A stretch of 64,000 nt of DNA from a candidate division FCPU426 bacterium (GTDB lineage Bacteria > Oederibacteriota > Muellerivitia > Muellerivitales > Muellerivitaceae), in NCBI GenBank assembly GCA_963738405.1, contig CAVTWJ010000009.1, positions 4,793-68,792 on the forward strand, in the 5' to 3' direction. How positions within the stretch are numbered: position 1 is the first letter of the stretch; the number at the start of each line of letters is the position of its first letter. Shown here piece after piece: positions 42,081 through 52,530 of the stretch. Position numbers and translations under genes: made by a program. Under the pieces are notes generated by a model that had not been told where the DNA came from, ran no database searches, and saw only the letters and a program-made list of their open reading frames with translations.

Positions 42081-43748
42081 ATGATTTCAGCGAAAGAAGT
42101 AACCCTCCGCTTCGGCAAGAAAACCCTATTCGACAAGGTCACGGTCAAGTTCAACCCGGGCTATTGCTATGGCCTGATCGGCGCCAACGGCGCGGGTAAA
42201 TCCACCTTCATGAAAATCCTGGCCGGCCAGCTCAAGCCCGACGAGGGAGAAATCGCGGTGGACCGGGGCGTCAAGGTGGCTATGCTCAAGCAGGACCAGT
42301 ACGCCTTCGATGAGTACACGGTTCTCGATACGGTCTTGATGGGGCAAGAAGAGCTCTGGAAAATCCAGCAGGAAAAGGACGCTCTCTACGCCAAACCCGA
42401 GATGACCCACGACGAGGGCCTGAGGGCCGCCGAATTGGAAGCCCAGTTCGGGGACATGGACGGCTACGCCTACGCCGCCGCCGCGGGCGAGCTGTTGGAA
42501 GGCTTGGGGATTGAGACTGCCCGGCACGAAACCAAGATGAAACTTTTGACCGGCGGTTGGAAGGTGCGGGTGCTGTTAGCCCAGGTGCTTTACGCCAAGC
42601 CGGGGGTGCTGCTCCTCGACGAACCCACCAACAATCTGGATATCCGAACTATCGACTGGCTTGAGGATTACCTGAATTCTTATGAAGGAACCATCATCGT
42701 CATTTCCCATGACCGCCATTTTCTAAACCACATCTGTACCCATATCGCCGACGTGGACCGGGAAAAGGTGACCGTCTATACCGGCAACTACGATTTCTTC
42801 GTGCACGCCTCCCAGCAGAACCTGGACGCCAAGATGACCGAGAACGCCCGCAAGGAAAAACAAATCTCCGAACTGAAAGCCTTTGTGGCCCGGTTTTCGG
42901 CCAACGCCTCCAAGAGCGCCCAAGCCACCAGCCGTGCCCGGCTCCTGGAAAAAATCGAACTGGAACAAATCATCCCCTCGACCCGGCAATATCCCCGCTT
43001 GTTCTTCAAGGAAAAGCAGGGTGCGGGCAAGGACATCCTCAACGTCAAAAGCATCAGCAAGGGATTTGGCGATTTGAAAGTGCTGAGAAAAGTCAGCTTC
43101 ATCGTGGGCAACGGCGACAAGGTGGCCATCATCGGCCCCAACGGCGTGGGCAAGACCACCCTGATCAAGTGTCTGGTCGGGGCCTTTCAAAACGAGGGGT
43201 CCAACCTGGCCCAGTGGGGCTTGAAGATCGACGAGGGGCAGATCGCCTGGGGCTCCACGGTGAAACTTTCCAGCATGCCCCAGGACGTGAAGGAAGAATT
43301 GACCACCGACATGACGGCCCTGGAATGGCTGCGACAGTTCGCGCCATTGGAAGAGGGCCAGGTAATCCGCGGTATGCTCGGGCGAATGCTTTTTACCGGC
43401 GAAGAGCAGGACAAGAGCGTGAAGGTGCTATCGGGCGGTGAGTGCCAACGCATGGTGCTATCCCGCCTGATGATCGAAGGCGGAAACGTTCTGATTTTGG
43501 ACGAACCCACCAACCACATGGACCTGGAATCCATCGAGTCCATGAGCAAGTCGCTGGAAGAGTACACGGGCACGGTGATTTTCTCATCCCATGACCAGGA
43601 TTTGATCGGCAAGGTGGCCAACCGGATTTTCGAACTGAGACCCGACGGTACCTACTCGGACTTCAAGGGAAGTTACGCCGAATATGAGGATTGGTCGGCC
43701 CGGGAAGTCAAAAAGGCCAAAGAAGCGGCGAAAAGCGCCAAAAAATAA
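42081..43748 (+). CDS. ABC-F family ATPase (tandem ABC domains; YbiT/EttA-like)
   Basis: Two Walker A motifs (GANGAGKST; GPNGVGKTT), two LSGG signatures, about 555 aa, no TM. Confidence 0.85.
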   Translation: MISAKEVTLRFGKKTLFDKVTVKFNPGYCYGLIGANGAGKSTFMKILAGQLKPDEGEIAVDRGVKVAMLKQDQYAFDEYTVLDTVLMGQEELWKIQQEKDALYAKPEMTHDEGLRAAELEAQFGDMDGYAYAAAAGELLEGLGIETARHETKMKLLTGGWKVRVLLAQVLYAKPGVLLLDEPTNNLDIRTIDWLEDYLNSYEGTIIVISHDRHFLNHICTHIADVDREKVTVYTGNYDFFVHASQQNLDAKMTENARKEKQISELKAFVARFSANASKSAQATSRARLLEKIELEQIIPSTRQYPRLFFKEKQGAGKDILNVKSISKGFGDLKVLRKVSFIVGNGDKVAIIGPNGVGKTTLIKCLVGAFQNEGSNLAQWGLKIDEGQIAWGSTVKLSSMPQDVKEELTTDMTALEWLRQFAPLEEGQVIRGMLGRMLFTGEEQDKSVKVLSGGECQRMVLSRLMIEGGNVLILDEPTNHMDLESIESMSKSLEEYTGTVIFSSHDQDLIGKVANRIFELRPDGTYSDFKGSYAEYEDWSAREVKKAKEAAKSAKK

Positions 43749-43818
43749 ACCGCGGACCTGCCTTCTTTAGGGGCGGCCGTTATAATCATCCAAAAGTTGT
43801 TTAAAGGCGGAGGAATCA

Positions 43819-44127
43819 ATGGCGGAACAAACCTGGCAGGAAAGAATCAAGACGGGGCGCAACGAAGATTGTCCCTGCGGATCGAAAAAGAAATACAAGA
43901 AGTGCCATTTGCAGGCCGACGAAAAGGCCGAAAGCGAGGCCCTGGCGAATGTGAACGCCGCCGCGGCCGCCGAGGCGAAGAAGCACGAGGACGAGCATGA
44001 CCACGAGCACCATGACCATGAGCATCCCCACGCTCACAAGCATGAGAAGGGCGGTCCGGCCAGGCCCCATACTTCCACGAATACCTCCAAACAGACGAGC
44101 GCTCCCCGCAAGGTAGGATCGTCTTAA
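43819..44127 (+). CDS. SEC-C motif metal-binding protein with His-rich tail
   Basis: CPCGSKKKYKKCH; HEDEHDHEHHDHEHPHAHKHE. Confidence 0.6.
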   Translation: MAEQTWQERIKTGRNEDCPCGSKKKYKKCHLQADEKAESEALANVNAAAAAEAKKHEDEHDHEHHDHEHPHAHKHEKGGPARPHTSTNTSKQTSAPRKVGSS

Positions 44128-44265
44128 GGCTTTCAAAACATAATTTTCACCACCAAGGCACAAAGACACCAAGGACAACGAAGTTTTCTTGATTTTAAGC
44201 TTTTTTAACCTGTCTTTCTTGGTGACTTGGCGTCTTGGTGGTAAAGATGGTTTAAAGGAGTTGTT

Positions 44266-44652
44266 ATGCCGAGGGAAAACATCAGCACGGGCTCGAAGTG
44301 GGAGCCGATTTTAGGCTATTCTCGCGCGGTCAAGGTAGGTTCCCATTTGTTCGTATCCGGCACCACCGGCACGGGACCGGACGGCAAAATTGTGGGCGTC
44401 GGCGACGCCTACGCCCAAACGGTGCAGGCCCTGAAGAATCTGAAGGCCGGGCTGGAGAAGGCGGGTTTTTCAGCGTCCGACGTGGTGCGCACCCGGCTTT
44501 TCGTGACCGAAGCCGCCGAATGGGAAAAATACGGCAAGGCTCACGGCGAGGTTTTTGGCGAGATCCGCCCCGCCATGACGCTGGTGGAAGTTTCCCGGCT
44601 GATCGATCCGGACATGATGGTCGAGATCGAAGCGGATGCTTATAAAGCCTGA
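44266..44652 (+). CDS. RidA/YjgF-family protein
   Basis: Family-typical sequence of about 128 aa (VRTRLFVT...[15 protein letters not shown]). Confidence 0.75.
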   Translation: MPRENISTGSKWEPILGYSRAVKVGSHLFVSGTTGTGPDGKIVGVGDAYAQTVQALKNLKAGLEKAGFSASDVVRTRLFVTEAAEWEKYGKAHGEVFGEIRPAMTLVEVSRLIDPDMMVEIEADAYKA

Positions 44653-44735
44653 CGCCTTGCCTGAGAACCGGTTTTAAAACCAAGCCTCTTTCCCATACGG
44701 GCAAGGGGCTTTTTGTTTTTTGAAAGGAAATAAGA

Positions 44736-45212
44736 ATGGAACATTTATGGATGCCCGACATTCCGCTGGCCGAAAAAATATTGCGTTCGGTAGTGGTTTA
44801 TCTTTTTCTTCTTTTGGCTTTCCGCTTCACGGGCAAGCGCCAAGTGGGATCCATGACGCCCTTCGACCTGGTAGTGCTATTGATCATCTCCAATGTGGTG
44901 CAAAACGCCGTGATCGGAAACGACAATTCCCTGGGCGGGGGGCTGATCGGGGCGGTGACCATCCTTCTCTTGAACTGGGGCGTGGTGGAACTGGCCTACC
45001 GCTTCAAGGGCGCCCGCCGGACTTTGGAAGGAGAGCCCACCCTTTTGGTGCATAACGGGAAAATACTTCAACATCGTTTAGAAAGAGAGCGCATTACCCA
45101 CGATGATCTGGAGGGGGCCTTGCGCAAAAGCGGGGTGGTGAATGTTTCTGAAGTGCGCTTTGCGGTGCTGGAAGAAAACGGGCAGATTTCGGTGATACCC
45201 AAAGGAAAGTGA
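44736..45212 (+). CDS. DUF421 (YetF-like) membrane protein
   Basis: N-terminal TM helices followed by LLVHNGKILQHRL...ISV. Confidence 0.6.
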   Translation: MEHLWMPDIPLAEKILRSVVVYLFLLLAFRFTGKRQVGSMTPFDLVVLLIISNVVQNAVIGNDNSLGGGLIGAVTILLLNWGVVELAYRFKGARRTLEGEPTLLVHNGKILQHRLERERITHDDLEGALRKSGVVNVSEVRFAVLEENGQISVIPKGK

Positions 45213-45222
45213 ATCCGAGAAG

Positions 45223-47460
45223 TTAGGTTCCCTTCAATTGTTTCAAAATTAACCGCGAGGGCGTAAGGTCCAGCGGAGCCTGGCGGGCTTTTTCATAAGA
45301 TTTTATGGCTTCCGCGTTCATTCCCTTGGTCTGGTATAAATTCCCCAGTTCAAAACAAATCGCCGCGGTGGGGTAACCCTCACTTACTGCATTTTGAAGC
45401 GCCGCCAGGTGGGCCGGGTAGTCCAGCTTGCCGTATTCGAAGGCCGCCACCTTGTCCCAATAGACCGATTCCAAAAAAGGATCGCCCTTCGCCAGTTCTT
45501 CTCCCTTTGAGAGTTCTTGTAAAAGCACGTCCCAATCCTCATGCGGTTGCCAGAGCCTGTCGCCATCCACTTCCCGCAGGAGTGCGTTTAGATCTCTCCA
45601 CCGGTACCAAAATTCATCTTTTTCATCCTCAATGGGAATCACCGCCAAAACCAAGCCTCCATCAGGTTTTTTCAAATCCTGTCCCACCCAAAACCATTGG
45701 GTCTCCGGGAATCTTTTTTCCAAAAAAGGCTGATAGTGGACGTTCACATAGAGGGCTGCCCAGCCGATTTTCCCGGGAAGCTTGAGGCTATCCCACTCGC
45801 CGGAGAGAGGCCTCGAAAAGAGGGAAAGGGTGGCGTCATTCTGGGCTTCGGTATCGAAATCAGCCAGGATCAAGCCTGGGCCCTTTTCTTTCCAGGTTTG
45901 TTCTAAGACCCGGTAGGCGCGAAGTTTTTCCACCGATTTGACGGGGCGGTCGAAGTTTTCTGGTTGTGCTTCGCAATCGGCCCAGGGTTCCACCAGGCGG
46001 GAAAAATCGAAAACCAGGGAAATCAAAAGCAATAAACCCAGGTAGGGCCAGCGCCGTGGCGGATTCAACCCTTCCAAAAGATAATGAAGGCCTAGGGCGG
46101 AAACGAATAGAAGCGGGGGAAGCACTTGAACGACCCGAAAAGCTTCCAGGTTCATAGATAGGAGCCCGGGAAGTAAAAGAATTGGAAAAGATAGAAGAAC
46201 CCATCCCGCCCATGATTCTTTGCGACGTTGGATAACTTGAACCAACCCCAGGAAAAAACACGCTCCAAGGAGGGGGTTAAGGAAACCGCCCTCAACAGGG
46301 CTATAGGCTGCTTCCCGGTCGAAAGCTCCCCAAAATAAAACGGTCAGGTAATGCCAATCCACTTCCACCTGGTGCGCCCAGGGAAACCATCCGCTCCAGG
46401 GGGTCAAGGAAGCCAAATGATTCCCAAAACCCTCGGTGAGAACCGCCCAAAGGAATGGAAAAGCCCCCAAACCAAGCCCCAAAGCAAACCAAAGCCATAA
46501 TTTGCGGGGTTCCAAATTTTTCCAATAATTCCAGGCTGCGAAGAGAACGCACAAAAGCGCTGCTGAAACCCAAGAAGTGAAAGAAAGAAATCCCAAACCC
46601 GCCGTAAAACCAAAAATAAAAATCTTTAAAAAAGCACCTGCTGTGTTTGGAAGATGGAGAACCCAGGCTAGGGCAATAAGAATTAAGAATTCGAAAAGAG
46701 GTAGTGTCATGCCTTCATGGCAGTGTCGTCCCATATAGAGGGGCCAGAAGGAGAATGCCAGGAGGGCGAAAAAAACCAAGGCCAGGGAGGATGAAAAGAG
46801 CCGCCGGGCGGATATATACCCTATTCCCAAAGTCAAAACTGAAACGATGGCCGGGGGAAGCCAAAGGCTAAGAAAAGGATTAAACCCCAATCGAACGGCC
46901 CAAGCGGTCAGGAAGAAGGTCAGAGGCGGGGTTTGGGCAAAGGAATAAAAGAAACGGTGCGGCCATTGCTGGCTAATTCTTAAGGCTAGGGTACCGATAC
47001 CGCCCTCGTCCGAGTTAGGCCAAGCGGGAAGGGATTGGATGGCGGTTAAGCGGAAGGCTAGGGCAAGAACGATGAATAACAGCCAAGCCCAAGGGGAAAG
47101 GGGTGAGAGGATTTCAATTTTCCAAGGGAGCGGAGAGGGAGCTAGTGGTTTCCGCCAAGCGTTATAAATCGGTATTCCGAATCCGCCCAGTACAAGCGCC
47201 AACTGAACAAACCCGTTCATGGGGAGAAAGGTCAGCGCCGAACCCAAAATCAAAAACCACCCGAACCAGAGGAACCTGCCATCGAGAGGACTGGTTGAAT
47301 TGGATTCGGTCAAGGAAACCTCGTGTTTTTCGGATGAACGCCCCTTCATCATAAAGGCGAAAAGCTTCTTTACGAAGCCTTCAAATGAGTGGGACTGGGA
47401 ATACAGGGAAAGGATCGGGACAGCTTCGCGGAAGGGATTCGGGCAATAAAAAAGCCGCAC
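45223..47460 (-). CDS. polytopic membrane protein, putative GT39-like glycosyltransferase with C-terminal TPR region
   Basis: About 12 TM in the N-terminal 450 aa. C-terminal ELGNLYQTKGMNAEAIKSYEKARQ is TPR-like. Confidence 0.45.
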   Translation of the reverse strand: MRLFYCPNPFREAVPILSLYSQSHSFEGFVKKLFAFMMKGRSSEKHEVSLTESNSTSPLDGRFLWFGWFLILGSALTFLPMNGFVQLALVLGGFGIPIYNAWRKPLAPSPLPWKIEILSPLSPWAWLLFIVLALAFRLTAIQSLPAWPNSDEGGIGTLALRISQQWPHRFFYSFAQTPPLTFFLTAWAVRLGFNPFLSLWLPPAIVSVLTLGIGYISARRLFSSSLALVFFALLAFSFWPLYMGRHCHEGMTLPLFEFLILIALAWVLHLPNTAGAFLKIFIFGFTAGLGFLSFTSWVSAALLCVLFAAWNYWKNLEPRKLWLWFALGLGLGAFPFLWAVLTEGFGNHLASLTPWSGWFPWAHQVEVDWHYLTVLFWGAFDREAAYSPVEGGFLNPLLGACFFLGLVQVIQRRKESWAGWVLLSFPILLLPGLLSMNLEAFRVVQVLPPLLFVSALGLHYLLEGLNPPRRWPYLGLLLLISLVFDFSRLVEPWADCEAQPENFDRPVKSVEKLRAYRVLEQTWKEKGPGLILADFDTEAQNDATLSLFSRPLSGEWDSLKLPGKIGWAALYVNVHYQPFLEKRFPETQWFWVGQDLKKPDGGLVLAVIPIEDEKDEFWYRWRDLNALLREVDGDRLWQPHEDWDVLLQELSKGEELAKGDPFLESVYWDKVAAFEYGKLDYPAHLAALQNAVSEGYPTAAICFELGNLYQTKGMNAEAIKSYEKARQAPLDLTPSRLILKQLKGT

Positions 47461-47737
47461 GCTCCGGAAGCCCGGAGATCAGGGGCTCACCCTGTAATTA
47501 AAGTGGGAGTGGCCCATACTCTGATTGGCAGCGCGGCGTGGGACTATCCTTCACTCCGAGCCTAGACGATTCAAGACTTCGTTCGTTCCAGAAAAAATTT
47601 AACGGCGCATAAAATAAGCCAAGTTCATCGGTTGTTTTATCCACGGAATTCGATTTCCGTTTTGAATCAAAAGGGATAAACGAAGAACCTTAATTGAAAT
47701 TTAATCTTTAAAATTTTGGAATGTAAACGGACTTTAT

Positions 47738-49447
47738 CTAAACGTAACTGACCCGGCTTTTGGGGGGCTCGGGTTCTTTCTTTACCTTTTTGGGCTTGCG
47801 GCGGGAGGGTTTGGAGTCCGACTTTTGCTTGTAGTGAAGGATCAACAAGACGCCCCCCACCAGAAAATAAACCAGGCCGAATTGCGGGGCGGCGAAAAGG
47901 CCGAACTTATTTTGCAATCCCGTGTCGGTCAGCCGATAGGCATGGATGAGGCCCGTCATGGCAAGGGCCGCACCGGCGAAGGACCAATAGGCGGCCCGCT
48001 CGAATTTGCGGTCGATGATGTAAACCATCATGGAGGCGAACACCATGGAGGTCAGAAGAAAACCCTGGCTGAGAAAAACCACTCCCCGGATATAGAGAAG
48101 GCTTCCGAATTTATCCCAAGCCGTGAAGAGTGTCGCGCCCGATACCTGTAGGGTAGGGAGAATCACCATTTGAAGCACGAAGGCGGCGAAGGCGGGGATC
48201 AGGCCAAAGGCAACCGCCAAACCGTGTTCCTTCGGGATTTCCGTAAAGGCCTGGGCCGTGATGATGATGGCGATCCAAAGCAGGATTCCCAAAATGCATT
48301 CCTGGGGAATCACCTGCAGGAAAAGGGTCACGCCCCCGAAGAGGCACAAAAGGGCGATGATCACTCCGTTCAAGATGGAATAACCGTGGCGGGCGCCCAG
48401 GGCTTTCCAGCCCGGATGTCCGATGTAAATGGTGGTCGGGAATGCGCTTCCGAAAAATCCCGCGGCAATGGTGGCTATGCCGTTGGTCAGAAGAGAGGGT
48501 TTGGTGGGGTAACGGTCGCCCCCCGCTTCGGCGCTTTCAAGATTTTGCAGGGAGCCGATGACGTTGAAGAGGCCCATGGGGAATATGACCGCTAGGTATT
48601 TCCAACCGGAGGAACTAAACATCAAGGCCACGAGGTCTTTCGGAACAGCGTGGGGCGGGTAAAAGCCCCATTGGATGGGGTCGGTCGAAACGTTTAAGGT
48701 GATGACGTGGAGGCTATAGAGGGCCCAGGCGATCAGGCTTCCCAAGAGCACCGCCAAAAAGCCGCCCGGCAGGGAATAGGGCCATTTGATTTTGGAACCG
48801 TAGGAAATCAGGATCAACATCATGGGGAAAAGCCCCACTAGAGGATTGGCGAAGATTTGAAAGATGAATCCCATGGCGATAAAGGTAATGGCCACTCCGG
48901 CCAGGGCGCAAAGCATGGCGGCCCGGGGAGTGTTTTGCCTCAACCAGTCGCCCGCGTAAGCCCCGCCGATTTCCATCAATCCATTTAAAAAACAAGCGAA
49001 GAGCCCGACCTGCCAAGCAAGGTGGTAATCATGGGTGTCCTGATAGACCGGTGCGATCACCAGAAAGATAAAGGCGATCAGGCTAGGAGTATTGATGCCG
49101 AAGGGAAGGGCCGTCACGTCAGTGCGGCCGGTTTGAAGGGCCAGCCTGCGGGCCTGCCAAGCGTAAAAAAGATTCCCGATGAGGATAGACAAGGCGGCGC
49201 CGGGCAGGATCTGGCCGGTGATAAATTCCGTCGGGAAACCGCAAAAGACCTTGCAGAGCCCGCCTACCAGCATCAGTTGAAGAAGATTGTCGATAAAGAG
49301 CCCAAAGAAACCGTCCAGGTCGCCCCGGGTGAACCAGGGCAAATCCCCGCCGGGAATATAATCTTTGGAATGCACGAGAAAGCGCAAAAAGGCAGGATTT
49401 TTTTGGAACGAGAGGGGCTTTTTAAGGAAATCCATGAGCTTGGACAT
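47738..49447 (-). CDS. permease, possibly NCS2/AzgA-like purine permease family
   Basis: About 12-14 TM with a basic C-terminal tail. The family call is uncertain. Confidence 0.4.
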   Translation of the reverse strand: MSKLMDFLKKPLSFQKNPAFLRFLVHSKDYIPGGDLPWFTRGDLDGFFGLFIDNLLQLMLVGGLCKVFCGFPTEFITGQILPGAALSILIGNLFYAWQARRLALQTGRTDVTALPFGINTPSLIAFIFLVIAPVYQDTHDYHLAWQVGLFACFLNGLMEIGGAYAGDWLRQNTPRAAMLCALAGVAITFIAMGFIFQIFANPLVGLFPMMLILISYGSKIKWPYSLPGGFLAVLLGSLIAWALYSLHVITLNVSTDPIQWGFYPPHAVPKDLVALMFSSSGWKYLAVIFPMGLFNVIGSLQNLESAEAGGDRYPTKPSLLTNGIATIAAGFFGSAFPTTIYIGHPGWKALGARHGYSILNGVIIALLCLFGGVTLFLQVIPQECILGILLWIAIIITAQAFTEIPKEHGLAVAFGLIPAFAAFVLQMVILPTLQVSGATLFTAWDKFGSLLYIRGVVFLSQGFLLTSMVFASMMVYIIDRKFERAAYWSFAGAALAMTGLIHAYRLTDTGLQNKFGLFAAPQFGLVYFLVGGVLLILHYKQKSDSKPSRRKPKKVKKEPEPPKSRVSYV

Positions 49448-49632
49448 GGGGAAAGCCTAAACGCCGTTTCAAAACCGGTCAAGGCAATTTAGGAAGCTAA
49501 AAGACCGCGGAAAAAGATTTTAGGCCCTGGGTAACGAAAATCGATAGCCTTTGGGCGTCGGGCCGGGATTCCACCCTTGGAAGCAATCGTCCGATCCCAT
49601 TTAACAAGAGGGTAAAAATTTGATTCGGGGGA

Positions 49633-49665
49633 TTGACACTCTTTCGGATAATCAGTATTACTGAT
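49633..49665 (+). promoter_or_regulatory. TTGACA -35 plus perfect 15-bp palindrome ATCAGTATTACTGAT overlapping the -10 (putative MarR operator)
   Basis: gattgacactctttcggataatcagtattactgat, 34 bp upstream of the MarR gene start. Confidence 0.55.
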
Positions 49666-49698
49666 GATCACAACCATGACGATAAGGAAAAACAATTA

Positions 49699-50196
49699 AT
49701 GGTCACCAAAACCCATTTTGAAAAATCCAATCTCCCGGATGGGATACCCGAAGCTCTTTTGGGCCGAATGGGTTTTTTGCTCAATAAGGGAGCCCAAAAG
49801 ATCCGGGACGCCTACCAAGAGGCGCTGGAACCCCTGGGGATCGACGGAAAACAATACGGTGTCCTTCTGGTCTTGAGCTCCAAAGGGCCGGTGAGCCAGC
49901 ATGAGATCGGTCTTTGCACCCGAATCGATCGAACCACCATGGTGGCCATCATCGACGATTTGGAGCAAAAGGGACTTGTGGAGCGGCAGGAACATCCCAC
50001 CGACCGGCGGACCCACGCGCTAGTAATAACGGCCAAGGGAAAAGAAGTTATCCCGAAGGCCCATAAGCTGGGCGAGGCAGCCGATAAAAAGTTTTTAGCG
50101 GGGCTGTCGGCCCGCGAGCAAAAAGAAGTTTTACAACTTTTGAAAAAGCTGGTTTTGTCCCATCTTGCCGTTGACGCGAATCGAGGAACGCCATGA
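49699..50196 (+). CDS. MarR-family transcriptional regulator
   Basis: wHTH SQHEIGLCTRIDRTTMVAIIDDLEQKGLVERQEHPTDRR. Confidence 0.8.
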   Translation: MVTKTHFEKSNLPDGIPEALLGRMGFLLNKGAQKIRDAYQEALEPLGIDGKQYGVLLVLSSKGPVSQHEIGLCTRIDRTTMVAIIDDLEQKGLVERQEHPTDRRTHALVITAKGKEVIPKAHKLGEAADKKFLAGLSAREQKEVLQLLKKLVLSHLAVDANRGTP

Positions 50197-51599
50197 GACG
50201 ACTGACTTTATTGTGGACCCTGTTGTTAATGGGAAGTTTGGCCCGGCTGGCCCATAGCCAAGGAATGGAAAAAACGGCTACCGCCACTCCGCTACCCGCC
50301 ACTTCACCAGCCGTGACAACGGCACCTTCGGCCCAGCTGGATCTTTCTACGGCGGAACAGGAAGCCCTTCAGCATTCTCCCGAATATCAAAAAGCCGTGA
50401 ATTTCGAAAGGGAGACCTCCTGGGGCCAAGTGGAAGCCATCTCGAATGGTTTTATTCCCCATCTTTCCATCGGGGGTAAATATTTCTTCGACAATCAATA
50501 CGCCCAGGAGCAGGTGTCCTTCGCGGGTCCCCTCGAACCCTTCCTGCAAAATTTTCCCATCGCTTCCCTATCCTTGGACGCAAGTTTCGACCTTTTCGAC
50601 GGATTTAAGAACATCCATAAGCTCGATTCGGCCAACAACATTCACGATTCGGCCAAACTGCTTTCGGACTGGGAATCCTTTCAACTGCAGGAACAAGTCC
50701 GGCTTGCCTTTTACAAAGCCCAAGCCGCTAAGGAACTTTCCGATATGGCGGATCAAAACGTGAAGACCCTGGAAGACCACCAGCGCATCGTTAAGGACCA
50801 GCTGGACAACGGACAAGCCACCCAATACGACCTCTTGCGGGTGGAGGTCCAGCTTTCGGAAGCCAAGTCGGACCAAATCTCTGCCAACGACGACGTCGTC
50901 TTGGCCCGGGAGGCTTTGGCCCAGGCTATGGGGCTTCCAAGCGACGATAGGAACCTCACGGGAGACCTTCCGGTTTTAAACGCGGATGGCATACTCGCGG
51001 CCATGGCCCCCGCCGACTTTGAAAACAGGCCGGATTTAAAGGCCAAGGAACTTCAAACGAAAGCCGCGGAAGACGACAATGCCGCCAAGGCTGCTTTTTG
51101 GTTCCCCCGGGTTTCGCTCATCGGTGAATACGAATGGTACGACGCCCAGAATTATTTCTTGGGAGCCCCCAGCCCGGTTGAGAATACGGGCAATTTCAAC
51201 AGCAGCTATTTCCTAGGCGCCGCCGCCACCTGGGACCTCTTGGATGGCGGGGAATCCTTCGCGAAAGCCAACGAGGCTGGCGAAAAGGCCCTTGAAGCCC
51301 GAAATGATTTCGACAGCGCCAGGCTGCAGGCGCCCTACGACTTCGACCTATGGAAGCGCCGCCTGGTTTCCAAGGTCTCCCTGTACCAGGCGAAACTCAC
51401 CGACATCGACAAGGCGAAGGAAAGCGCGCGGCTGGCCACCCTGGGGTTCAAGGCTGGCACCCGCACTACCACCGACGTTTTGGACGCCGAATTAGAGGAA
51501 TTTCGCGCGGAGGCTGGCTTGGTCCAAGCCCAAGTCGACGCGCTGGAAGCCCTCATCCACCTTGAAACCGCCGTGGGAAAAAGGATCAGCCATGAGTAA
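50193..51599 (+). CDS. TolC-family outer-membrane efflux protein
   Basis: Signal peptide; two OEP repeats; 468 aa. Confidence 0.8.
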   Translation: MRRLTLLWTLLLMGSLARLAHSQGMEKTATATPLPATSPAVTTAPSAQLDLSTAEQEALQHSPEYQKAVNFERETSWGQVEAISNGFIPHLSIGGKYFFDNQYAQEQVSFAGPLEPFLQNFPIASLSLDASFDLFDGFKNIHKLDSANNIHDSAKLLSDWESFQLQEQVRLAFYKAQAAKELSDMADQNVKTLEDHQRIVKDQLDNGQATQYDLLRVEVQLSEAKSDQISANDDVVLAREALAQAMGLPSDDRNLTGDLPVLNADGILAAMAPADFENRPDLKAKELQTKAAEDDNAAKAAFWFPRVSLIGEYEWYDAQNYFLGAPSPVENTGNFNSSYFLGAAATWDLLDGGESFAKANEAGEKALEARNDFDSARLQAPYDFDLWKRRLVSKVSLYQAKLTDIDKAKESARLATLGFKAGTRTTTDVLDAELEEFRAEAGLVQAQVDALEALIHLETAVGKRISHE

Positions 51600-52446
51600 C
51601 GAAAAAAAGTCGCTCTTAATCAAAATTGTCCTAGCTGTGGCAGTAGGATCGGTGCTTTATTTCGGCATCCACGCTTACTTCTACGAATCCACCGACGACG
51701 CTTATGTGCAGGCCCATGCCTTGATGCTTTCTTCCCGCATCGGGGGAACGGTGCAAAAGGTGCTGGTGAACGAGAACGACCAGGTCAAGGCCGGTCAACT
51801 CTTGGCCCAGATTGACGACCAGGATTATTCGGCGGCCTATAACCAGGCCGTCGCCGACCAGTCTTCCGTGCAGGCGGATTTGGTCCAAGCGGCCCAAAAC
51901 TACGACCGCATCAGCCAGCTGTACCAGGAACAGGCCGTTTCCAAGGCCGATTTTGACAAGGCGGTGGCTCTCTACCGCAACTTGCAGGCCCGGCTGAAGG
52001 CGGACCAATTCAAGGCCGATCAGGCCAAGCTGAACCTAAGCTACACCCAGATCACCGCCCCCGAGGATGGGGCCATCGCCAAGAAGTCGGTGGAGCCCGG
52101 CATGGTGATCCCCCCCGGTCAGGCCCTTTTTGGTTTTGTTTCCTCCCGGGAGAGGTGGGTGACCGCCAACTTCAAAGAAACCCAGCTCGCGGTCATCAAA
52201 CCCGGCGAAAAGGTGGAAGTGGATGTGGACGCGGTGAAGGGAAAGAAATTCGAGGGAACGGTGGATTCGATCGGTTCGGCCACCGGTTCCATTTTCACTC
52301 TTTTGCCGCCTGATAATTCCACGGGCAATTTCACCAAAGTGGTCCAAAGGGTGCCGGTGAAGATCTACCTATTAAACCTAACCGCCGAGGATATTGAACG
52401 CCTAGCGGCGGGGCTGTCTGCGGTGGTGGATGTGAGAGTCCACTAA
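51592..52446 (+). CDS. emrA: HlyD/EmrA-family membrane fusion protein
   Basis: N-terminal TM, YVQAHALMLSSRIGGTVQKVLVNENDQVKAGQLL biotinyl-lipoyl-like, coiled coil. Confidence 0.8.
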   Translation: MSNEKKSLLIKIVLAVAVGSVLYFGIHAYFYESTDDAYVQAHALMLSSRIGGTVQKVLVNENDQVKAGQLLAQIDDQDYSAAYNQAVADQSSVQADLVQAAQNYDRISQLYQEQAVSKADFDKAVALYRNLQARLKADQFKADQAKLNLSYTQITAPEDGAIAKKSVEPGMVIPPGQALFGFVSSRERWVTANFKETQLAVIKPGEKVEVDVDAVKGKKFEGTVDSIGSATGSIFTLLPPDNSTGNFTKVVQRVPVKIYLLNLTAEDIERLAAGLSAVVDVRVH

Positions 52447-52530
52447 GGACTCCGTTCCTAACTTTTAATTTCTTAACATTTAAACCTCACGGCCCCTCAA
52501 AAGGGGCCCCCAAGAGTTCGAGGAATCCAG

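Noticed and set aside
49447-49633. Possible purine riboswitch in the leader of the minus-strand permease
   Set aside because: I could not identify the conserved purine-riboswitch junction motifs by eye. The permease family assignment itself is uncertain.
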